Shown: positions 9,372-16,347, counted from the stretch's first letter. The stretch is 20,000 bases of DNA from an uncultured virus (IMG/VR IMGVR_UViG_2822368973_000001) (IMGVR_UViG_2822368973_000001:50683-70682); one strand, 5' to 3'. Notes: generated by a model from the sequence alone, not told the origin. Numbers and translations are program-made.

Positions 9372-10319
9372 ATGACAAATAAAATTTGTAAGTTACACAG
9401 ACTAGAGCGAAGAGAAGTCTTTATGAAGATTATCGATGAAATGAAAAAGGCTGGATGGCAGCAATTAAATGCTGATGCGCCATCAAAAGATAAAATTTAC
9501 GTCATGTACTCAAGCGGTAACGACGGTATGAAGAACCATTCTTTAGAATTGCGCCCATTCGATTACGTCACTGCAACTAGCAAAGATATTATAGCAGGGA
9601 TATATAGAGATTATGATATAAGAGACCCTGATAAGTATGCTACTGATGCAACCTTTAGATTAATTGAACGATATGATAAAGAGCAGGATGTTACTTTCGG
9701 AGGACCTGGTCCTTTCTACCCTTTGTGTTTTCATCAAGGGAAAGTAACTAACAGCACTAGTGTTACTACTATTAGTAAACCAATTGCTATGGTGGACCTA
9801 TATTTATACGTTGATAAAGACATTGTTATCTATTGTGTTTATGAAAACGATGATAATCTTCCAGAACGAAAAGGGAAGACTGTAATAGGATTATTCGGAA
9901 TTCCAGATGAACTATATCAACAAGAACAATTCAAGCCTATATCTTCTCCTTTTAGTGTCTTGGTGAGTGTTTGTCCAAAGTCCCCTGGTGCAGCAATGGT
10001 AGCTGCTAGAAGTAAGCTTATATATGATGGATTAAATAGTATTCCTGTTAATACTTTCATTTGGGATAAGGTATTTTTAAAGGCACCTTCTTTAAAAGGA
10101 AATATAATATTCACATCATTTTTTATGGGAGATAACGTAGATGGATTAAGGGCAAAATTTGATGGCCTTTACACATATAGAGGTTCAAATTTTGTAACTG
10201 GTGATATCGTTGAAATTTCTCAAGATGAAGAAGTGCAGAAATATAAATTATTTAACACCTACTACTCAAGTGTATGGAGTTCATTTCCGGAGTTCAACAT
10301 TGCATTAAGGGTAGAATAA
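9372..10319 (+). CDS. Putative structural protein (315 aa), divergent paralog family member 3
   Basis: AAGGAGG RBS. N-terminal IIDEMKKAGW and C-terminal GLRAKFDGLY...TGDIVEI...KYKLF resemble the 450-aa protein (GVRGYL...NGDRLKV...IYKFF). Confidence 0.7.
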   Translation: MTNKICKLHRLERREVFMKIIDEMKKAGWQQLNADAPSKDKIYVMYSSGNDGMKNHSLELRPFDYVTATSKDIIAGIYRDYDIRDPDKYATDATFRLIERYDKEQDVTFGGPGPFYPLCFHQGKVTNSTSVTTISKPIAMVDLYLYVDKDIVIYCVYENDDNLPERKGKTVIGLFGIPDELYQQEQFKPISSPFSVLVSVCPKSPGAAMVAARSKLIYDGLNSIPVNTFIWDKVFLKAPSLKGNIIFTSFFMGDNVDGLRAKFDGLYTYRGSNFVTGDIVEISQDEEVQKYKLFNTYYSSVWSSFPEFNIALRVE

Positions 10320-10332
10320 GGCTGGTGATTTT

Positions 10333-10581
10333 ATGACAATAAAAGGCATAATAATTCAACCGAAAACATTGTATCCACCCGTACAACGTAAACCACAAAT
10401 ACGTAAAGGTTCAAAATTAGAAATTAGTGACATGTATATTACAGGGGTTAGGAAAACTTCTATACGGAAAGGAGTTATGTTTAACTTCTCCCGAAACGAA
10501 AGCAAAACTACTGAAAAAGCAGTAATGAAACCACCACGTACTGAACCACTAGAATACGCGTGGACGAAAATGAACATATAA
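10333..10581 (+). CDS. Small basic hypothetical protein (82 aa)
   Basis: GGTGA RBS; lies directly after the previous stop codon. Confidence 0.65.
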   Translation: MTIKGIIIQPKTLYPPVQRKPQIRKGSKLEISDMYITGVRKTSIRKGVMFNFSRNESKTTEKAVMKPPRTEPLEYAWTKMNI

Positions 10582-10650
10582 CTTTATCGAAATCGAGCGT
10601 GCTGCAGCAGGCTTTTTTATATTGGTCAAAATTTGAAAGGAGGTGAGAAC

Positions 10651-11148
10651 TTGGAAAGAATTCACGAACTCATCAAGGCATTGAATATAAGCGATGTTAT
10701 TACAAGTACTCAATTTAAAGTAGGTGGTGCTATCGGTGGCGGATTAGGAACAATAATTAATTTACTCTATGGCAAAGCTAATTTAATTTGGATTTCAATT
10801 TACTGCTGGATTATCATGCTCGACTGGATTACTGGTAGTAAGGCTTCAAAACTAGATGGAACATACTCATCACAATATGGAATTGAGGGCATCACGAGAA
10901 CCGTGGTGCTTTTATCATTACCAGCCCTTGCACATTTATTTGATATTGCTCTTAAACTACCTGATTTCTTTTTCTTCATGGTAGTCGGTGGATTGAGCTA
11001 CCACATTTTTAATAGTTTCGCAGCAAACTGTGCACGAATTGGCTGGGAAAAATGGATTCCTGCATGGTTATTAGAAAGTGTAGCATCCGAAATTCAAGCA
11101 AAAATCCAAAGAAGTGATGCACGAAAAGAAAAACATAATACCAAATAA
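10651..11148 (+). CDS. Holin, toxin-secretion/phage-lysis type (Phage_holin_4_1-like)
   Basis: GAAAGGAGGTGA RBS then TTG at 10651. Hydrophobic segments, an LDWITG...SS..GIEGI.R signature and a charged C-terminus. Lies upstream of an amidase. Confidence 0.85.
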   Translation: MERIHELIKALNISDVITSTQFKVGGAIGGGLGTIINLLYGKANLIWISIYCWIIMLDWITGSKASKLDGTYSSQYGIEGITRTVVLLSLPALAHLFDIALKLPDFFFFMVVGGLSYHIFNSFAANCARIGWEKWIPAWLLESVASEIQAKIQRSDARKEKHNTK

Positions 11149-11170
11149 AAAATACACGCCTTACATAAGG

Positions 11171-11204
11171 AGAGCATTGTCAAAAGACGGTGCTCTTTTT
11201 GTTT
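11171..11204 (+). terminator. Intrinsic terminator-like hairpin between holin and amidase
   Basis: AGAGCATTGTC-AAAA-GACGGTGCTCT (two G-U pairs) followed by TTTTGTTT. Confidence 0.6.
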
Positions 11205-11226
11205 GGCAAAAAGGGGAAAATACACA

Positions 11227-12285
11227 ATGAAAAAACCAATCAAACTATTTAGCTCATTATTTATGACTCTATTACTCTTATTTTCGTTTGCTACGGCTTC
11301 ATTTGCCGATAGAGTACTAATCATCCAAGACTTACCGAAACAAGCATATCGCTACGGTGTGGGCGCTTATGAGGGCGTTGTAGCACATAGTACTGCAACA
11401 CCAGAAGCACCAGCAATTAATATTAGAAATTACGAAGCTAGAACATGGAGAAATGCATTTGTACATTATGCTGTAGATTGGAACGAAACAATTCAAATTG
11501 CTGATACTAAATATGTTGCTTATGGTGCTGGACCAGCTGCAAATAAAAGATTTGTTCACGTAGAACTTTCTGAAACTAGCAACCCAGATAAATTTAAATC
11601 TTCTTACGAACGTTATGTAAAACTATTAGCTAAGATTTTAAAAGATAGAGGGATTCATCCAAGCAAAGGTTTATGGACACATAAAGATATTACTTACAAA
11701 TTAGGTGGAACTGACCATGAAGATCCGATTAATTATCTTCGCAGTCATGGTGTATCAGAATCACAATTCAGAGCGGACGTACAAAAGGCTTATGAAGGCG
11801 CAACAGTTATAGTTAAACCAAAACCACAAGAACCATCTCAAAACGTTGTAGGCGCAACAGGAGTAGCTTACATTGATGGATTTAACGTAAATCTAAGAAG
11901 TGGACCATCAACAAATCATGGTACTATCCGTCAATTAAATAAAGGGGAATCATATCAAGTGTGGGGAAAACAAGGTGATTGGTTAAATCTTGGCGGTAAC
12001 CAATGGATTTATAACAACCCTTCTTACATTCGATATGAAGGGGAACAAACTAATACTTCAAGTTCTGTAGTAGGAAAACGTGTTGTTTCTAAAGTGGACG
12101 ACCTTCGTTTCTATGACTCTGCTTCTTGGTCTGATAAAGATGTAGCAGGAACGGTAGATGAAGGGCTTGGATTTACTATTGACGCTAAAGTATCAGTGAA
12201 TGGTTCACCACAATACAAAGTACACAACAGTAAAGGCACAACATACTATGTAACTGCAAATGAAGCCTATGTGCATGTAAAGTAG
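11227..12285 (+). CDS. N-acetylmuramoyl-L-alanine amidase (Amidase_2) with Sec signal peptide, SH3b and C-terminal wall-binding domain
   Basis: ATG at 11227. Signal peptide MKKPIK-hydrophobic-ASFA. Catalytic motifs VAHSTAT, FVHYAVD, VHVEL, WTHKDI and TDHEDP. SH3b-type NVNLRSGPST...WLNLGGNQWI. Confidence 0.92.
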   Translation: MKKPIKLFSSLFMTLLLLFSFATASFADRVLIIQDLPKQAYRYGVGAYEGVVAHSTATPEAPAINIRNYEARTWRNAFVHYAVDWNETIQIADTKYVAYGAGPAANKRFVHVELSETSNPDKFKSSYERYVKLLAKILKDRGIHPSKGLWTHKDITYKLGGTDHEDPINYLRSHGVSESQFRADVQKAYEGATVIVKPKPQEPSQNVVGATGVAYIDGFNVNLRSGPSTNHGTIRQLNKGESYQVWGKQGDWLNLGGNQWIYNNPSYIRYEGEQTNTSSSVVGKRVVSKVDDLRFYDSASWSDKDVAGTVDEGLGFTIDAKVSVNGSPQYKVHNSKGTTYYVTANEAYVHVK

Positions 12286-12332
12286 GGGAACCGCCAGCAT
12301 CTTGGAATAAAATCATGCTAAGCAAAAAAATA

Positions 12333-12362
12333 AAATAAGCTGCCCATATGGACAGCTTATTT
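12333..12362. terminator. Bidirectional terminator between the amidase and the convergent small gene
   Basis: AAATAAGCTG-CCCATATGGA-CAGCTTATTT inverted repeat. Confidence 0.7.
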
Positions 12363-12385
12363 ACATAATTATCGTTATTGGAAGT
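12358..12385 (-). other. dif-like Xer recombination site A
   Basis: Minus strand reads ACTTCCAATAA-CGATAA-TTATGTAAATA. B. subtilis dif (recalled) is ACTTCCTAGAA-TATATA-TTATGTAAACT, giving 9/11 and 9/11 arm matches with a 6-bp spacer. Confidence 0.75.
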
Positions 12386-12396
12386 TACTTTTTGTT

Positions 12397-12579
12397 TTAT
12401 TTTTTCTCACTAATTTTAAGTCGTTTTGCATTTATGAAAAATGCGCTCCCAATTACGAATATAACAGAAGAGATATACATTGTTATCCCTGAATATTCAT
12501 TATCAAATATTGTAGTATTAAGCAAATTAACAAACACCATCAATATAAGTGATATGTACAATCCATTAATATATTTCAC
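12397..12579 (-). CDS. Small two-TM membrane protein (60 aa)
   Basis: GGAGGG RBS, GTG start, two hydrophobic helices and a basic tail. An extended -10-like TGGTAAAAT lies upstream. Confidence 0.75.
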   Translation of the reverse strand: MKYINGLYISLILMVFVNLLNTTIFDNEYSGITMYISSVIFVIGSAFFINAKRLKISEKK

Positions 12580-12682
12580 TTATGTCCCTCCCTTACTTTT
12601 TTCTTTTCTTCTTTTTCCCTATTTTACCATTTTAAAAAAGTGATATGTTGTTTGATTTTGGTTGTATATCGTATTCATGTAA

Positions 12683-12711
12683 AGTTAACATAACGTCCTA
12701 TTATCGGTAGC
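12683..12711 (-). other. dif-like Xer recombination site B (7-bp spacer)
   Basis: Minus strand reads GCTACCGATAA-TAGGACG-TTATGTTAACT: 7/11 and 10/11 arm matches to B. subtilis dif, same orientation as site A. Confidence 0.6.
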
Positions 12712-12758
12712 AAGAAAAAGGCGAATTCCTCTTGAAAGTAGGGATTCGCCTTTTTCTT
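12712..12758. terminator. 19-bp inverted repeat, bidirectional terminator-like
   Basis: AAGAAAAAGGCGAATTCCT-9 nt-AGGGATTCGCCTTTTTCTT, one mismatch. Confidence 0.7.
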
Positions 12759-13126
12759 TAATAAGTTTTTATAACCCATAATAACATCTCCATTCATTTG
12801 AAAAAATTATGCTATTTTACCGGTATTTTCTAGCACACTTCCGATACTAACTTACAGAAATCTTAAAATAAACAACTTTCAGATAAAAATATTTACAAAA
12901 CAATTCGACACCCCTTCTAAAAACTATATCCTTACTGGGGTTATAATGATTTTTATATAAATAATTTTATTTTTACAATCTAACGATTTACCGATGTTTT
13001 TACGTCAATTGATAAAGGGAAAATTTAATATTCTGAATATTGTTTATAAAATTGTTTTTTACAACTTATTACAATTAAACTTTGTTATGATTGATTTTAT
13101 ATAAACTAAATAAAGGAGATTGCGAT

Positions 13127-14227
13127 ATGATAATTCTGAATAATGAAAAAGTTACTAGACTATTAAATGAATGGTATAAAGTTATTTTATCTAAACAAAT
13201 AACAAAAGCGACAAGAATGAAAGAAGAAGTTGATGAAAAGATTAGTGTCTTAATGGTCGAACAAAACCGAGATCTACAAGATCAAAATCTCTTATTGTAT
13301 TATTCTCTATTGGATTATAGTTATAAAGTGTTAATAAATAAATCATATGTAACTCGTAGCGATTTTGATGCAGTTGAAAAACTTACAACAAAAACTATTG
13401 ATGAGTATTTAAAATACTACTACCATTTCTATAAAGCTGTGCATAACACCATGATTGCTAACTATATGGAAGCTATGGAGCAATTTGAAGAAGCTGAACG
13501 ACTTTTAGAGTATATTCCTAACGAAATTGAAAAAGCTGAATTTAATTATAAACTTGGTGAACTATATTACCATCTTCAACAACCTTTATTAACAATTAAG
13601 CATGTCATGAAAGCAAAAGACATATACAAAAAGCATGAAGACTATGTAATAAATCAAATTGAATGCGATACAATCCTGGGATTGGCAAGTGTCACTTTAA
13701 GTCAGTTTGAACAAGGAGAAGAACTTTTTGTTAGGTGTTTGGATATGGCTAAAAAACATAACTGTACTCGACTAATTACCTTAATTCAATACAACTTAGG
13801 TTTTCTTTATGCAAAACAAGGTATATCCGCAACTGCAATTCGGCATTTAATGGATGTCTATAAATCTGAGAGACCTTACCATAAAACTGTGTTCTTATTG
13901 GCTCGAGAACATTTCAAAGTAAATGAAATTGAACAAGCACAAGAATTTTTGACTCAAGGTTTTGAATTAGCTGACGTTGAATATACACATCATTTACGAA
14001 TACTTCGAGCACAATACGATGAAAATTATAAGCAGAATCTAGAAACAACGATTGCAGATGGACTAGATTACTTCGAATCCCAAAAACTTTATGGATTTAT
14101 GGAAGAGTACGCTGGAATTTTAGCGAAAAAACTTTATCAAGAAGGTAATCATGAGAAGGCTAGCCAATATTTTAATATATCTTATGATGCTAAAGAATTA
14201 CTTCAGAAGGGAAGTGCGTTAAAATGA
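13127..14227 (+). CDS. rap: Rap-family response regulator aspartate phosphatase (RRNPP, TPR repeats)
   Basis: AAAGGAG RBS, ATG at 13127. LLNEWY, DQNLLLYYSLL, YYYHFYKA and IEKAEFNYK motifs. Its stop overlaps a phr-like gene. Confidence 0.93.
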   Translation: MIILNNEKVTRLLNEWYKVILSKQITKATRMKEEVDEKISVLMVEQNRDLQDQNLLLYYSLLDYSYKVLINKSYVTRSDFDAVEKLTTKTIDEYLKYYYHFYKAVHNTMIANYMEAMEQFEEAERLLEYIPNEIEKAEFNYKLGELYYHLQQPLLTIKHVMKAKDIYKKHEDYVINQIECDTILGLASVTLSQFEQGEELFVRCLDMAKKHNCTRLITLIQYNLGFLYAKQGISATAIRHLMDVYKSERPYHKTVFLLAREHFKVNEIEQAQEFLTQGFELADVEYTHHLRILRAQYDENYKQNLETTIADGLDYFESQKLYGFMEEYAGILAKKLYQEGNHEKASQYFNISYDAKELLQKGSALK

Positions 14228-14439
14228 AAAAAGTACTAATGGGATTTGTTAGTTTTGCTGCTGTTTTAACTATTGGAAGTTTTGCAGAATCTAATATATC
14301 ACAAGCTGATCATGGTAGACCGCCTGCACCACAAAGACCAGATTATATTTCTAATGTGGCCGATTTTGATCACGGTAGACCACCTGCGCCGGCATACGAA
14401 TACGGCGATACTTATATTGATCATGGTGAACATATATAA
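14224..14439 (+). CDS. phr: Phr signalling pre-pro-peptide with repeated putative mature peptides
   Basis: ATGA overlap with rap; MKK plus hydrophobic signal peptide; DHGRPPAP twice and C-terminal DHGEHI. Confidence 0.9.
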   Translation: MKKVLMGFVSFAAVLTIGSFAESNISQADHGRPPAPQRPDYISNVADFDHGRPPAPAYEYGDTYIDHGEHI

Positions 14440-14480
14440 AACAAAAAGAGGACGTGATATATACGTCCTCTTTTTGTTTT
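14438..14480 (+). terminator. rap-phr terminator
   Basis: Perfect 18-bp inverted repeat AAAACAAAAAGAGGACGT / ACGTCCTCTTTTTGTTTT with a 7-nt loop. Confidence 0.9.
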
Positions 14481-14787
14481 ATTTTAATTACGACCAAAGT
14501 ATATTTGAAATAATATAAGGGATAATGTTCTAGTATATCAATTTCATCAACAATAATGTCTGGGTGTGGATTGCTATCAAGAAACTATCCGAGTGCCAAC
14601 AGGAAAAAGTGTTAGTTTCTCATATAAATCTCATAATTGAGAATTGGTTTAAATAACCGGTGCACCAACAGCAAAATGCGATTCATATATTTGCACACAT
14701 TTTGCTCACATTTTGTTCGCGTACTATATAAAAAAATATGAAAATCTATAAAAATAATTATTTCAATAAAATTTATTCTAGATATTA

Positions 14788-14830
14788 AAAAGTGCCAAAA
14801 CCCTTGTGGTATAAGGGTTTTGGCACTTTT
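14788..14830. terminator. Perfect 18-bp inverted repeat; likely terminator of the minus-strand Pro/Gln-rich gene
   Basis: AAAAGTGCCAAAACCCTT-GTGGTAT-AAGGGTTTTGGCACTTTT, about 30 bp past the stop at 14862. Confidence 0.75.
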
Positions 14831-14861
14831 GTGTTTTTTATATTTTATCAAATAAACAATC

Positions 14862-15590
14862 CTAAAACTGCTCATTCTTCTCCCAAGATTCAACGATATA
14901 ATGAGCAATTGTGGGGTTATATCCTTTTCCAACTAAAAACATAATCGCAGCGACTTCTGTTAAAGCGTGTTTATGTGAAGTATGTTTCGCTTCATTTAAA
15001 CCATAATCTACCCAAGGTTTTACGAAATCTAATACAGGTTTCTTTAAAGGTAAAAATTGTGTACCGACAACTTGTTGAATTTGTTGTTGAGTCGGTTCTG
15101 TAATAGGCCCAGGTGGTAAAATTTGTGGTTGTGTAATATCTAAAGTCGGACCTGGTGGTAAAATTTGTGGTTGCGTTGGATCAATTGTTGGTGGTTTAGG
15201 TGGTGAGACACGTGCGTCGTAGTTGGGTTGATACATTTGTTGTTGGTATTGTGGTTGTTGTGGCTGAGTTACATACGGATTTTGTTGTTCTTGAGTTTGC
15301 GGTGCTGCATATGGATTTTGAGGATATTCATAATTTGGACGTGTGTCATATGGATTTTGTTGTTCTTGAGTTTGCGGTGCTGCATATGGATTTTGAGGAT
15401 ATTCATAATTTGGACGTGTGTCGTATGGATTTTGTTGTTCTTGAGCTTGCGGTGTAGCGTATGGATTTTGTTCGTATTGTTGTTCTGGCTGTTGTAATTC
15501 TTGTTCCTCATATTGTTCTGTATATCTTTGTTCCGGTTGCTGAGGGTAAAATGGTTGTTGTGGATAAGGTGGTTGATTATTATAGAACAT
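14862..15590 (-). CDS. Pro/Gln/Tyr-rich tandem-repeat protein, probably spore-associated (242 aa)
   Basis: GAAGGAGG RBS before ATG at 15590 (MFYNNQ...). QNPY repeats, TQPQILPPGP repeats and a globular C-terminus. sigmaK-like promoter upstream. Confidence 0.8.
   Translation of the reverse strand: MFYNNQPPYPQQPFYPQQPEQRYTEQYEEQELQQPEQQYEQNPYATPQAQEQQNPYDTRPNYEYPQNPYAAPQTQEQQNPYDTRPNYEYPQNPYAAPQTQEQQNPYVTQPQQPQYQQQMYQPNYDARVSPPKPPTIDPTQPQILPPGPTLDITQPQILPPGPITEPTQQQIQQVVGTQFLPLKKPVLDFVKPWVDYGLNEAKHTSHKHALTEVAAIMFLVGKGYNPTIAHYIVESWEKNEQF
15272..15470. repeat. 75-bp coding tandem repeat (about 2.6 copies), VNTR-like
   Basis: GGATTTTGTTGTTCTTGAG recurs at 15277, 15352 and 15427. The unit encodes QNPYAAPQTQEQQNPYDTRPNYEYP. 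Confidence 0.9.
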
Positions 15591-15623
15591 GTTTATTCCT
15601 CCTTCATGATGATGCCTACCACC

Positions 15624-15652
15624 TAGTGTATGGGCGGACAAGAAAATATGTG
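15624..15652 (-). promoter_or_regulatory. Mother-cell sigmaK(/sigmaE)-type promoter
   Basis: Minus strand reads CACA-16 bp-CATACACTA, matching the sigmaK consensus mACA-N16-CATAnnnTA, about 35 bp upstream of the start. Confidence 0.6.
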
Positions 15653-15699
15653 ATGAAAAAAGGCGGGCGTGTTACAATAAGAAACTGGGTGAAGATAAA

Positions 15700-16347
15700 A
15701 TGACAAAACAAGAAAAGATTAAAAAAACAATTACTTTTGTAAAAAATATTTTAGAAAAAGATGCGAGTGGGCATGATTGGTATCATATTGAGCGCGTACA
15801 TAAACTGGCGATTTCTTTATCCGAGCAAGAAGGAGGAAATCGTTTTATAATTGAAATGGCAGCATTACTTCACGATGTGGCAGATGAAAAGTTAAATGAA
15901 AGTGAAGAAGCAGGAATGAAAAAAGTTTCTGATTGGTTAGAAGAGTTACATGTAGATGAGGAAGAAAGTAAACATATTCTTCATATCATCGCCAATATGT
16001 CTTATAAGGGTGGGCATGGCGGCGCAGTTGAGTCAGTTGAAGGGAAAATTGTTCAAGATGCAGACCGTTTAGATGCCCTTGGAGCAATTGGGATTGCACG
16101 TACTTTTGCATATGGCGGAGCGAAAGGGAGATTAATGTATGATCCAACAATTCCGCCGCGTGAAGTAATGACGAAAGAAGAGTATAGAAAAAATAACGAT
16201 CCATCTTTAAATCATTTTTATGAAAAACTTTTAAAATTAAAAGACTTAATGAATACGAACGCAGCAAAACAAGAAGCTGAAGTTCGTCATTGTTATATGG
16301 AACAGTTTATAGAACAATTTATGAAAGAGTGGAATGCACAAATATGA
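15700..16347 (+). CDS. HD-domain metal-dependent phosphohydrolase (YpgQ-like)
   Basis: GHDWYHIERV, ALLHDVAD and VQDADRLDALGAIGIARTF motifs. Confidence 0.92.
   Translation: MTKQEKIKKTITFVKNILEKDASGHDWYHIERVHKLAISLSEQEGGNRFIIEMAALLHDVADEKLNESEEAGMKKVSDWLEELHVDEEESKHILHIIANMSYKGGHGGAVESVEGKIVQDADRLDALGAIGIARTFAYGGAKGRLMYDPTIPPREVMTKEEYRKNNDPSLNHFYEKLLKLKDLMNTNAAKQEAEVRHCYMEQFIEQFMKEWNAQI

Noticed and set aside
12392..12643. 83-aa plus-strand ORF
   Set aside because: It is antisense to the 60-aa gene, which has a clear RBS, promoter and TM pattern; it has no RBS of its own.
13127..14439. Arbitrium (AimR/AimP), PlcR/PapR or NprR/NprX interpretation
   Set aside because: There is no N-terminal HTH, and the LNEWY/DQNLLLYYSLL N-terminus is typical of Rap. 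The peptide does not resemble the SAIRGA-type or PapR peptides I recall.
14273..14518. 81-aa ORF overlapping phr
   Set aside because: It is an alternative frame crossing the terminator. The synonymous-only differences support the phr frame.
14530..14670. Possible lipoprotein gene remnant (…STIMSGCG…) and a XerD-like half-site GGTTTAAATAA
   Set aside because: There is no start, RBS or sustained frame, and no partner arm; both are compatible with chance.
14612..14932. 106-aa minus-strand ORF
   Set aside because: It overlaps the upstream gene end, runs through the terminator hairpin and has low-complexity AT-driven composition.
15200..15703. Several overlapping repetitive ORFs; 75-bp repeats considered as a CRISPR array
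   Set aside because: They are alternative frames of a coding tandem repeat. Units are contiguous with no unique spacers, and there are no cas genes.
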